From NCBI GenBank assembly GCA_963726195.1, contig CAVSBO010000008.1, forward strand, positions 32,001 through 96,000: 64,000 nt of DNA. The letters are read 5' to 3'. The notes below the pieces were generated by a model that was not told the DNA's origin, ran no database searches, and saw only the letters and a program-made list of their open reading frames with translations. Positions 42,031 to 52,393 of the stretch are shown here, piece by piece (the first letter of the stretch is position 1; the number at the start of each line of letters is the position of its first letter). Source of the DNA: Candidatus Thorarchaeota archaeon. GTDB lineage: Archaea > Asgardarchaeota > Thorarchaeia > Thorarchaeales > Thorarchaeaceae. Position numbers and translations under genes: made by a program.

Positions 42031-42678
42031 CATCGGCATATTCCTCGTCGACTTCTATTTGGTTTACCTTCTCAAACTCGGGAAACTCATAGGCCAGAGT
42101 CAGGTTCAGGCAGGCCACCATGATGATTCGTTTCTCATGGTCGGCCTTGATTCCCTGTGATGGGACGATGAGGTTGACGTTCTTCGCCTTCTTGATTGTT
42201 TTATTCCGACCATATTTGCGAAGTATTTGGTTTGCGATCATGGATTTGAGACCAATGTGCTAGCTCTTCGAGGAAGTTCCGGTTGTGTCGGACCTTGTAC
42301 GTCAGTATCAATGATTGTTCTTCTCTTCGATGCACTTCTTAATGGTCTCTTCGGATATATGGCAACAAGACTGAGCGCTGGCCGTACAATACGTTGTACG
42401 GTTGGCAAGCATATAATCTTCTCTCTATCAACTGGATACTACTCCAAGGGGTGTATGGACTCATCCCACGACTGAAGTGGTGGGCTTTCTCGTACTCTTG
42501 TCATAAGTATGCATGCGGAACTGACGCCACATGGGAAGAGCGAGATTCACCCTGTTCTGCGGTCGTCAGACAAGGTGGCATTTTTCGGTTTCAGGACGTA
42601 TAGCAATTCCTCGTGCGCAGGACTTATAATCAAGCAGTTTTGCAGACCAATCAATCCTAGCCACCTTGGAGCGTACTG

Positions 42679-43470
42679 TTGATGAAGATAATAGTGCCCG
42701 TCAAGCAAGTACCTGAGGTCGCTGAGGTCCGCATCAATCCTCAGACTGGTACGCTCATAAGAGATGGAGTGCCGAGCATTCTAAATCCGTTCGACGAGTA
42801 TGCAGTTGAGGCCGCAATACAGCTGAAAGAGAAATTCGGCGGCGAAGTGACCGTAATTACGATGGGCCCTCCTCAGGCCAAAGATGCGCTTTACAAGGCT
42901 CTGGCAATGGGGGCAGACAAAGCTATCATTCTCACAGACGTAGCATTCGCTGGTGCAGACACTTGGGCCACTGCCCATACTCTTGCTGAAGAAATCAAGA
43001 AGTTGGAGTATGACTTGGTTATCTGCGGGAAGCAGGCCATAGACGGCGACACCGCACAGGTGGGTCCTGAGCTTGCGGAGCTTTTGGGCGTTCCTCAGGT
43101 CTGTTATGTGCGCCACCTTGAGGTAGACCCGGATGGCAAGCGTCTGACCTTGCACAAGAGCACTGATGACGGGTACGAGGTAGTCAGCGTCAAGATGCCG
43201 GCGCTACTCACAGCGACGAAAGGCCTGAACGAACCTAGGCTTCCTAACATCATGGGGATAATGAAAGCAAAGAAGAAACCACTGGAGGAAGTGAATGCTG
43301 CCACGTTGGGAGTGCCTCCTGACCAACTCGGATTGAAGGGGTCGCCCACCACTGTCAGGAGAGTGTTCGCACCTGAGAAAAAGAAGGGCGGCATCAAGAT
43401 TGATGGAACCGATCCAAAGGCAGCCGCGAAGAAGCTAGTGGAGTTCCTTGCTGAGAAGGGGGCGATCTAG
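42679..43470 (+). CDS. etfB: Electron transfer flavoprotein beta subunit
   Basis: VKQVP, NPFD.YA.E.A, GADT.AT, GKQAIDGDTAQVGP, NEPR. Confidence 0.95.
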   Translation: MMKIIVPVKQVPEVAEVRINPQTGTLIRDGVPSILNPFDEYAVEAAIQLKEKFGGEVTVITMGPPQAKDALYKALAMGADKAIILTDVAFAGADTWATAHTLAEEIKKLEYDLVICGKQAIDGDTAQVGPELAELLGVPQVCYVRHLEVDPDGKRLTLHKSTDDGYEVVSVKMPALLTATKGLNEPRLPNIMGIMKAKKKPLEEVNAATLGVPPDQLGLKGSPTTVRRVFAPEKKKGGIKIDGTDPKAAAKKLVEFLAEKGAI

Positions 43471-43472
43471 AG

Positions 43473-44672
43473 ATGGCACTAATCTATGACAAGGAGAAAT
43501 GCACGGGCTGCATGCTGTGTCCCAAGGTGTGCAACTTTGGAGCCATTGCCAAGGACGGTCAGAAGGTTAAGTTTGACTTCAACAAGTGTGTGCTCTGCGG
43601 GTCATGTGTTGACGTATGTCCGGTTGATGCCATAAGGATCGAAAGGAAAGCTGTAGACAAAGAGAAGATTGCTCAGTACAAGGATGTCTGGGTAGTCTGC
43701 GAAACTTCCGAAGGTCGATTGAAGAGCGTATCTTATGAGCTCGTGACCGAGGCTCGTGTTCTCGCAAAGAAGCTAGGCGAGAGGGTAGTGGCAGTGCTCA
43801 TCGGGTTCGAAGTGTCGGCGCTTGCTCCCTCGCTGATTCATCAGGGCGCTGACAAGGTCTTGGTCGCTGATGACAAAGCTTTCACAGACTTCACGACCGA
43901 TGCGTTTGCGATTGCAGTAACTTCCATGATAGCACCAAGAAAACCTGCTATCGTGCTGTTTGGAGCGACCACCAATGGAAGAGATCTGGCTCCTCGTGTG
44001 GCTGCGCGTCTTGGGCTAGGCCTTACCGCAGACTGCACTGGTCTCGACATCGATGACAAACGTCAGCTCGTTCAGACTCGTCCAGCATTCGGCGGTAACA
44101 TCATGGCTGAGATTGTGTGCCCCTATACACGGCCGCAAATGTCTACTGTCCGACCGAATGTCTTCAAGCCAAGCGAACGGGATACATCTCGCAAGGGCGA
44201 AATCGAGAAGGTTCCGATTCAGGTTAACCCTGTTCAAGTCCGTACGAAGGTCTTGAAGAAAGTGAAAGAGATTGCCGAAGGGATGAAACCCGTAGATACA
44301 GCGGACATTATTGTTTGCAGTGGTCGAGGGATCAAAGACCCGGAGAATCTTTCCCTTCCAACTGAGCTGGCGAAACTGCTGGATGCAGCGGTCGGCGGCT
44401 CAAGACCGGTTGTTGATGCGGGGTGGCTACCCCCAGCTCAGCAGGTGGGTCAGTCTGGACGCACCGTGTGTCCGAAGCTTTACTTCGCGCTAGGGATATC
44501 GGGGCAGATCCAACACCTCGTGGGGATGCAGACCAGTTCGATCATTGTTGCCATAAACAAAGACCCAGAAGCTCCAATCTTTGGAGTCGCAGACTTCGGC
44601 ATTGTCGGCGACCTATTCGAAATCGTGCCGGCAATCATAGAGGAACTCAAGAAGCTACAGGCAGAACGATGA
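43473..44672 (+). CDS. etfA: Electron transfer flavoprotein alpha subunit with N-terminal 2x[4Fe-4S] domain
   Basis: CTGCMLCPKVC and CVLCGSCVDVCP; GRDLAPR, TRPAFGG, QQVGQSG, GISG.IQH. Confidence 0.95.
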   Translation: MALIYDKEKCTGCMLCPKVCNFGAIAKDGQKVKFDFNKCVLCGSCVDVCPVDAIRIERKAVDKEKIAQYKDVWVVCETSEGRLKSVSYELVTEARVLAKKLGERVVAVLIGFEVSALAPSLIHQGADKVLVADDKAFTDFTTDAFAIAVTSMIAPRKPAIVLFGATTNGRDLAPRVAARLGLGLTADCTGLDIDDKRQLVQTRPAFGGNIMAEIVCPYTRPQMSTVRPNVFKPSERDTSRKGEIEKVPIQVNPVQVRTKVLKKVKEIAEGMKPVDTADIIVCSGRGIKDPENLSLPTELAKLLDAAVGGSRPVVDAGWLPPAQQVGQSGRTVCPKLYFALGISGQIQHLVGMQTSSIIVAINKDPEAPIFGVADFGIVGDLFEIVPAIIEELKKLQAER

Positions 44673-44694
44673 ATCGTCGAGCCGCTCTCTGACA

Positions 44695-45799
44695 CTAGAC
44701 AAGGCTGAGGGACAGTCTCTTGGCTAGGACTATTCCGTAGGCCGCAGATGCTATTCCCGAAACAATAGTCGCGGTAAGGGGCGGGAACAACAGGAAGCCC
44801 CAGTTGGGCCCGGTTGTATGAATCATTCCTCCCGACATCCAATACAGCCACAGGGTGATGTTGGAATCAACCTTTGTAAGCGTGAGAATCGCATCCTTCT
44901 GCAATTGGATATGCAGGAAAACACCCTCACCTGATGCGAACTTGGCAATGAACTCCTCGTTGCCCGATTCAGTTTGAAAACCCATGGCGACAGAGCCTCC
45001 GTCGGCCGTCATGGAAACAGAGATTTCGTTGTCGCCCCATGAGCGAAGACTGGTCTGGTATTGGGGCTGGGATGCGTTCAGTTCAACATTGATTAAGTCG
45101 AAATATCCATACCATTGGGCATCATAAACGATATGGCCTTCGTTAATCCCGTATAAGACTGTAACTGGGGTGAAACACAGAGATGAGAACAGCATCAAGA
45201 CCGCAATGAAGGCTGGGCGCGCGTGACTGGGCCACTTACTTTCTAGCTTCGTCTTGGCATTTCTCTCTATGGCGTAGAACCAGTAGAGGGAGGTTCCCAA
45301 AATCACAACACCCAACCCAAAAGGAATGACTTGTGACGCCAGTACATAGTACGGGCAGACACTGGCGCAGCAGAGTTGGGCTAACACAGTGGCACCTTCT
45401 TTGCAGTAGAGGAGGGCCAACACAGAAACAGTCGCATCTCTGCTTTCCCGAATGAAACCTATCTCTCCTGGAGCAAAATGATAGAGTTCGAGCGTGAGAT
45501 TCTGGATTTCGGTCACGTTGGCCAGCTCTAGGTAAATGCCCGAGGATCCATAAGCTACTATCCGAACCGGGGTCTCATTCGAGTCTACTCTGAGAATCTT
45601 CACGACATTAGTCGAGTCTGTCTAGGCTCATGTTGTACGTCGGGGCGCTTGAGGATAGCACGAAGGTCAGGCTAACAGTCCTACCAGTCGGGGCGGCCGA
45701 GAGAGGACGCACGAACGGCGAGGAGAAAATGAGCAGTCCTCCAATCAGCACAAGAATCGAGAAGACGTAGACCAGAAGCCGAGGATGTCGCCCAGTCAT
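44695..45799 (-). CDS. Hypothetical membrane protein, frameshift near 45610
   Basis: Two ORF pieces with TM - beta domain - TMs - beta domain - TM layout. Confidence 0.5.
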
Positions 45800-46130
45800 C
45801 TTCTCCAGTCTCCCATTTACCTGCCAATGTCTGTGTAAGCTAGTTATCATAGATAAGCATACGCTCATCTAGGACGGAATCTGGCAGACCCTAGACTACA
45901 TGAGTTGCTTAAGCCATCCACGCCTTTGTCCGAGCCCTCTTTGCCAAAGGTGCTCGATTCTCTAGCCCGATGAGCTTGGCAAATGCGGCATCTAGGCATG
46001 ACGCCAGAATGCCTGAGACAAATCAGAATGGTACGAACACGATTCAGACGATTCGGAGCAAGTGCCACTCGATTGACCGGAAGACAAATGAGTGATGAGG
46101 GCAATCCTATCCGACGAAGGTGCATGAATA

Positions 46131-47072
46131 GTGGTGGACGTAGAAATCCCGTTCACAGAACGCAACGGTAAGACAAGGGCTATTCGTGTCAACAACAACG
46201 CCCCCACAATTGACATGACGGGCAAAGGGCTTGCCGCAGTCAATCTTACATCCGTCAGAGCGTGTGGTCACCTGACACGTCTCCTGCTAAATGATAATGA
46301 GCTAACCGCTGTGGATCTCTCACCCCTGACTGCATGCCCCCAGCTGACAGTCCTTGCCCTGAAGAAGAACAGGCTCCAGAGCGTAGATCTCTCGCCATTA
46401 AAAGACTTGACACATCTTGAGGCAATCGACCTGAAAGAGAACATGCTCACAAGGCTAGACCTATCACCCATTAGGAATCACGCAGTTCTTCAGAAGATAT
46501 TCTTGGCCGGAAACCCGCTGACAGAGCTTGATGTTTCCGCTCTGTTGACCTGCAGGAGTCTAAAGGAAGTCGAGATAGGACGACACGTAAGACTCAAAGC
46601 GGACATGGCTCTAGCGGGCTCATCAGTGGCAGCCATGCAACAGTACAAGAAGCAGATAGTCTGGATTGACATACACACTCTGGAGACTCAGACCGCAACG
46701 GTTACAGCTGCACAGCAACACATCAAAGCATTATCTCAAGATACTCGAGACAGCACGAGGAAGAGAGTTCTGGGAGTACTGAAATCGCAAACTAGGATTA
46801 GTATGAACAAGCTCATGCCGTACTCGGGATTACCAATCGATGAAACCAGAGAGCTTGTCTTCGAGCTCGTAGGATCTGGCGCCGTGACAGGTAGGTTCGA
46901 CCCTGACACGGACGAATTCATATCTCTGGATGCAGTGCAGGCAGCCGCTTTGATGCGCTCTGAAGGCCCCACCATGCAACAGTGTCAACACTGTGGAAAG
47001 CCCTTCCCAAAGGCCCTGATGCCTGGTGAGTCTTGCACCTGCGAAAGCTGCGGTCAGGTCAATGAAGCCTAG
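46131..47072 (+). CDS. Leucine-rich-repeat protein with C-terminal winged helix (PCI-like) and Zn ribbon
   Basis: About five 22-aa L..L.L..N.L..VDLSPL repeats; G.V.GRFD; CQHC...CESC. Confidence 0.85.
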   Translation: MVDVEIPFTERNGKTRAIRVNNNAPTIDMTGKGLAAVNLTSVRACGHLTRLLLNDNELTAVDLSPLTACPQLTVLALKKNRLQSVDLSPLKDLTHLEAIDLKENMLTRLDLSPIRNHAVLQKIFLAGNPLTELDVSALLTCRSLKEVEIGRHVRLKADMALAGSSVAAMQQYKKQIVWIDIHTLETQTATVTAAQQHIKALSQDTRDSTRKRVLGVLKSQTRISMNKLMPYSGLPIDETRELVFELVGSGAVTGRFDPDTDEFISLDAVQAAALMRSEGPTMQQCQHCGKPFPKALMPGESCTCESCGQVNEA

Positions 47073-47184
47073 CACTGATTGACAAGTCCGGATTGGAGTT
47101 CGGTGGGGCGGAGTTGAATTCTTCCTTGCATAGTGCTGACCAAGATAATCTCAGAAGACGTTGACATACGATGGGTGCCGAATC

Positions 47185-47778
47185 TTGATTACGCTTCGTT
47201 TGTACCGCTTTGCCAATGCGCCGCAAACTATGCTAACCAGACTGCGCGAAGCAGTTCTCAGCAGACTGCCGAAAGATCTCGTCCGAATTCAGATTCAACC
47301 TACTGAACTGAGCGTACAGAGAGACGCATTCTTCCCAGTTCGCGGCCAGTACCTCGCCGATTCCTTTCTCAGTTTGTTGAATCAACATGTTCCTCGTGGT
47401 GAGCATGGTCTTGCTCTGGTTAATCTCGATTTGTTTGTTCCAGAGCTAGATTTCGTCTTCGGCGTTGCTCAGTATGGAGGAAGTGCTCTCGTTGCCCTCC
47501 CGCGGCTTAGTCCCATGTTCTATGGTTTACCTGAAGACTCTGAAATCTACTTTCAACGGGCCTTGAAGGAAACAGTGCACGAATTGGGTCATGTCTTTGG
47601 TCTAGAGCATTGCAGGGAGTTCTGCATCATGCGCTTTTCGAACTGCCTAGAGGACACAGACCGGAAACCGGACAGCTATTGTTCAGGTTGTTTCAAAGAG
47701 GCTGAGGAAGACCAATGCCTGCGTTGTGAGAATTCATCGGATATTTCGTCAATGACGACAGTCTTGCTACCATGGTAA
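47185..47778 (+). CDS. amzA: Archaemetzincin (M54 zinc protease)
   Basis: RGQY.A, DLF...L.FVFG.A, KE.VHELGHVFGL.HC, CIM.FSN, D.K...C..C. Confidence 0.92.
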   Translation: MITLRLYRFANAPQTMLTRLREAVLSRLPKDLVRIQIQPTELSVQRDAFFPVRGQYLADSFLSLLNQHVPRGEHGLALVNLDLFVPELDFVFGVAQYGGSALVALPRLSPMFYGLPEDSEIYFQRALKETVHELGHVFGLEHCREFCIMRFSNCLEDTDRKPDSYCSGCFKEAEEDQCLRCENSSDISSMTTVLLPW

Positions 47779-48365
47779 TGAAACGTGAACTGTGGTTTGT
47801 CTCGAGATTCGTGCCTACACAGAATCCCGGGGGCTGTCATCGTTGCAACGAAGATCAAGCATCGACCAGACTCCCATCGCTATGGGGCTGAGGATAGGTA
47901 TGAAAGCAACAACCAATAGGAGCAGCACTGGGCCAATGCAGGACCTGGACGAAGACGGTTCATTGGGTTCTGTTTGCTACTCGTTCAAATGGAGGCATCC
48001 AAATCTAGCAGAATAGATGTTGAAGTGATAAGACTCTCTCTTTGAGCAAGTCTCCACCGTTCATTGCAAGTTGGGCAAAGCCGGACACAACCGCCTTTGC
48101 TTTCTCAGAAACGGCAATAGGGTCGCACTCCTTGAGACTGCAATATGCCGAGTCAACCTCAAAGATATGTCTAGTTCCGGTCAATCAAGCTCTTATTCGA
48201 AGATTTCCAAGATTGTCCAACTTCCACAAAGCTGTTGCATACCCGTGCACTTGCATAACGTCTATATATCAAGAGATGTCACAAATGCGTTGCGAGAGAC
48301 AATCGGCATCTCCGCACTATGTGGATCATCAAACGAAGGGCCGCATCATCAAAGGAGGGCGAGTC

Positions 48366-48869
48366 GTGGAAGGCGACGAGGGAGTTGACAAGAAGAAGCG
48401 CATGCGCAGGGTATGCCTCTTGAACCTCTCTCGAGTTGCCATGTACTCCTCTGTGGTGGTAGTTCAGTGTCTGCATCTCGGATTCGTTTGGTTCTCTGCA
48501 TGGGCTTTTCTCGACTGGTTGTTTTACCTGTATTTCTCAGGCTCAGACTTGATGCTTGTCTTAACGCCGCTGCTTCTTGCGCTTCTTGATACCCTGTTGA
48601 TGGTGTGGAGTACAAGGCCGTCTCGCGGTTCCATGGTTGCCGCACAATTCGTTTCGCTAATAGCGATCCTCATTTCGCTGAATACCCTGATTCCGCTTGT
48701 GACTTCTTCAACCGCACTGTCCACCTACCAGATGACTATGCTTGTGCTTGGCATATCCGTGTTCTTGATTTCTGTCTTGGACATAATCCTTCAGCGAATT
48801 GGCTCTCTGCCGGACCAAGAGAGGGTGCAAACGATCTCGAGCGGTGACTTCAGGTCATACGAAGGCTGA
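48366..48869 (+). CDS. Hypothetical four-TM membrane protein
   Basis: Hydrophobic segments; GGAGG before GTG. Confidence 0.5.
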   Translation: MEGDEGVDKKKRMRRVCLLNLSRVAMYSSVVVVQCLHLGFVWFSAWAFLDWLFYLYFSGSDLMLVLTPLLLALLDTLLMVWSTRPSRGSMVAAQFVSLIAILISLNTLIPLVTSSTALSTYQMTMLVLGISVFLISVLDIILQRIGSLPDQERVQTISSGDFRSYEG

Positions 48870-48986
48870 GGGAAGTGGTCCCGATTCCGAGGCTACTAGA
48901 GAGGTCTTACAGACTTCGTGAGAGAATTCCACGGATAGCTGAAGCCGATACCAAGGTCTCCAGCAAGGTCGGAATGCGTGCTGTGT

Positions 48987-49035
48987 AACTGTACAAAAAC
49001 CGAAAAGTTATAAGGTAATGTATTAGTGTACAGTT
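48987..49035 (+). promoter_or_regulatory. Archaeal BRE/TATA promoter bracketed by a 9-bp inverted repeat
   Basis: AACTGTACA...CGAAAAG TTATAAG...TGTACAGTT upstream of wHTH gene. Confidence 0.55.
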
Positions 49036-49063
49036 CAAGTGTTGAGGCAACCTCTGTTGCGCA

Positions 49064-49781
49064 ATGTCTAACCAAGTGGTGATGAACACGAGTGACGATA
49101 TCGATGACATCAAGAAAGAGCTCGAAGAGGTGCGTAGGCTCAAGGAGAGTCTCAAAGAAGAACTCGAGGAGCTCCGCAAAGAGAACACGGACAAAGAAGG
49201 CAGACCCAGGTGCCGAGAGCACGCACATCCACGCGAGCCATACGTTGTGGATCTCCGTGGTGTGACTGAGGGTTCTCGATGATATGATGGAAGGACTCGG
49301 CGAACAAGTACGCGCCTCTTTGAAGAGTGTTGGAGGAATCGAGGGATGCATAAGGGCTCCCCAGTTTCGAATGGTGCGGATGGGGAGGGAAGCTCGTAGG
49401 CGCATTGAGACCATACCACCAGAGCGCGTTGCCAAGGCAGTTAGCCCCTTGGGCAGTGAGGAGCGTCTAAAGATACTAGACATCCTCAAAGAAGGCGGCA
49501 AATCCTTCAATGAGCTGGAAACACTGACCGGCAAGACAGGGAGCTCCCTGATGCACCACCTAGTGCCTCTGATGGAAGCCGGTTACATAATCAAGGGCGA
49601 GGTACGAGGCACATATTACGTGACAGTCGAAGGCCGACTCGCATACCGTCTCGCACAATGGCTGACAGGGAGGGTCGAAGCACAGCGGATTCGAACAGGC
49701 GAGAACGGAGAGGGCAAAATCAGTGTGTCCTTTGAAGATGAGAACAAGGATACCGAAACCGAGGGAGATGATCACGAGTGA
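49064..49781 (+). CDS. ArsR-like winged-helix regulator with N-terminal coiled coil, frameshift near 49275
   Basis: PLGSEERLKIL..L, KSF.EL, SSL.HHL..L...GYI, Y.VT..G. Confidence 0.8.
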
Positions 49782-50531
49782 CAGGTTTTGAGCATGACGA
49801 GAACGTGATGGCCACTTCAGCCGCGCTGAGATTTGGTTTCACACGAGAAGGCCAAGGTCCAAGTTGAGCCTGGCTGCACTTGGACGCACCTTCTACGCAA
49901 CGGGGAGCGAGTTGGTATCGCATACACGGGCCCCTCGAAATTCACAGTCGATGCCATCACTGAGACCGCTGGCGGCGCTGTCGGAAGCACTGCATCAGGG
50001 TCACTGAAAGGAATTCAAATCTACATCGGAAAAACCACGATTGAGGACGTTTCAGGACCTGTTACGGAGAACGTTCTCAATGATTGCGGCTATCCCAATG
50101 CTGCTGCATTCCTACGTGCAGTTGACGACAGCATTGAGCATCGTCTGGACGGCGGCCGCAAGGTGAGAATTGCCAAGCAAGACGACGCCATCCTTCTCGG
50201 CAATACTGAACAGGATAAGCCACTGACACTGTTGGTAAGACCTTCCGGCCTAGTGTTCATGAAAGGCAGCAATGTCTTCGTCGAGGAAGACGGTCGAACT
50301 GTATCAGTCGGCAAGAACGGTGTGGCTTTCAGAAACAGGGATGGAAAAAGCATCGTCTTGGCAGGTGATGGCATCACGGGTTTGAATGAGTTGGAGAGAA
50401 TCGGCCCCATGCTCGGCAGGGCCATGGGCATGATGTGCGGCCCGGGTTCTTTCAGATTCCCTAGAAGGCCGGACCACATGATGCACGGTTCACACTGCTG
50501 CAGTGATGACGACGAACCCGATGACACATAA
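49778..50531 (+). CDS. Hypothetical protein, 5' end uncertain (frameshift near 49835)
   Basis: 232-aa ORF coupled to regulator; His/Cys/Met/Asp-rich C-tail. Confidence 0.5.
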
Positions 50532-50580
50532 CAAGTCCATGCACAGGCACAAGGCAGCTCTAAATCCCTTGAACGTGGTA

Positions 50581-52393
50581 TCATGGCGCTAGGATGGGAG
50601 CTGCCTCTGGCCTGATTTGCAGTTCATAAAGAGAGTAGTATGTACCCTTCTTTTTCATCAGTTGGGCATGTGTTCCCGACTCCACTATTCTGCCATTGTC
50701 AACGACAAGGATTCTGTCTGCGTTCATTATCGTTGACAGCCGGTGTGCAATTACAATCGAGGTCCTGCCTTTCAGCAGTGCCTTCAAACCTTTCTGTATC
50801 ATGTGCTCTATGTAGATATCAACCGAACTGGTTGCTTCGTCAAGTATGAGTATCTTCGGGTCAGCAAGCAGTGCTCGAGCGAAGCTCACTCAGCTGTCGT
50901 TCCCCTTCAGAAAGTCGTGAGCCTCTCTCTCCAACTTGCGTCTCGAATCCGTTTTCTAGGCTCTCGAAGATGGATCTCGCACCGATGGCCTCGGTAGCCT
51001 TGGCGACCTGATCATCTGTCGCACTGGGCCGACCGTACCTTATGTTCTCCCTTATGGTTCCTTGAAACAGAAATGGTTCTTGGAGGACAAGGCCTATTCT
51101 TGACCTTAGGGAGTTCTGAGTCACGGAACGGATGTCAATTCCGTCGATTCTGATTGAACCAGAGCTGACATCGTAGAACCTATTCAGAAGATTGACGATT
51201 GTTGTCTTTCCCGCGCCTGTGTTCCCCACGATTGCGACTGCTTCACCTGGCATTATCTCTAGGTTGAAGTTCGCCAAGACCGGTCTGCCTTCAATGTAGC
51301 TAAACGTGACGTCAGAGAAGGTAACTTGCCCACTGATTTCAGGCATCTCTTTCGCGTCAGGTGCATCAAGAACTGTTGCCTTGGTGTCCAAGATGCTGAA
51401 GATGCGCTCCGATCCCGCAAACGCGCTCTGCACCGTATTGTAGAAGTTAGTGATTGTGAGCATAGGCTGAAAGAATCGGTCGTTGAACTGAATGAAGAGC
51501 ACAAGTGTCCCCAGTGTCAGAGTGCCCTGAAGGAGCCGCGTTCCGCCAAAGCACAACATGAGAACCACACCGATACCTCCAATGAATCTCACGACCGGAA
51601 AGAAAGTGGATGTTGCCTTCGAAGCTTCAACATTCGATTGATAGTCCGCCCGATTGACTTCCGCAAAACGAGCGCTGCTGGTACGTTCCCTTGCGAAGCT
51701 TTTCGTCACCTTTGCACCCGAGATGCTCTCCGCAAGGTTCGAGGTCACACTCGAGATAGTCTTTCTTGTGCTTCTGTATGCCTTTCTCATCTTTACTCTG
51801 AAATACATCATGGAGACGGCGAGCAACGGCACGACTGTAAGTGAAATGAGGGCGAGCTGCACATCTACTGTGAAAATCACAAAGCCAATTGCGAAAACAA
51901 CGAAGAACTGAGCAAACGTATCGATGAGTTCGCCTGCAAGGAATTCGCTCACCTTGTCGATATCATTGGTCAATCTAGAGAGGATTCTTCCACTGGATGT
52001 ATGGTCGTAGAAATCTTGAGACATCGTTTGCAGGTACTCGTAAAGCTCCTGCCTCATCCGGTAGACTGCCATTTGCCCCATGACCGCCATCAGATAGCCT
52101 GAGCCGTAGCTTGACAACCAACCTAGGGCCTGCAGTATGGTGTATAGAAGTGCTGTGAGGAACAGCGGATAGAGATTGCCAGACGAGTACGCATTTGGGA
52201 AATCAACATCTATCGCTTGTCTGAGCACGAAGGGTGACCAAATGGTGAGAATAATGCCCAATGCGACAATCACCACATCGGCGGCGAAGAGTCTTCTGTA
52301 CGCAAGCAGATACCGGACCATGCGCCTCAAGAGGGTCCCATCCGGATACTCGTGGGTCCTCTCGTCCTCATCCTCAATAATGGAGCCACTCAT
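50581..52393 (-). CDS. Heterodimeric ABC exporter subunit (TMD-NBD, canonical Walker B), frameshift near 50885
   Basis: GNTGAGKT, LSEGERQ, ILDEATS, IAHRLST. Confidence 0.9.

Larger units (their letters stand above)
41431..42034 (-). mobile_element. Non-autonomous gene cassette with attP-like ends, inserted at a GG dinucleotide
   Basis: Ends GATGTT...AACATC, GG on both sides, removal restores tnpB frame (EEYA-YVSV). Confidence 0.8.
40730..42310 (-). pseudogene. tnpB: tnpB pseudogene, split by a 604-bp insertion and with an N-terminal deletion
   Basis: MILTYKVRHN...HIGLKSMIANQILRKY...EVDEEYA | YVSVSVPE...GVDLN, LEDL, CSRC/CLTC, NADVNASFNI. Confidence 0.88.
40713..42502 (-). mobile_element. 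Degenerate IS605-type element (tnpA remnant plus interrupted tnpB)
   Basis: Left-end hairpin CCCACCACTTCAGTCGTGGG with TTAT at 42503-42506 (minus); right end CTCACAATCTTTAGCCGTGGGAGTATGTCAG; TnpA C-terminal remnant HISEETIKKCIEE overlapping the tnpB TTG. Confidence 0.82.

Noticed and set aside
41431-42034. Integron cassette interpretation of the DUF1801 insert
   Set aside because: No convincing RYYYAAC...GTTRRRY attC hairpin, the junctions are at GG rather than G/TT, and the insert has its own promoter region.
47780-48350. Possible degraded minus-strand gene(s) between amzA and the membrane protein
   Set aside because: Short interrupted frames with one hydrophobic patch; no recognisable family.
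48896-49534. Long antisense ORFs (also 51326..51844, 58074..58592, 5313..5936)
   Set aside because: They lie opposite well-supported genes and have no motifs.
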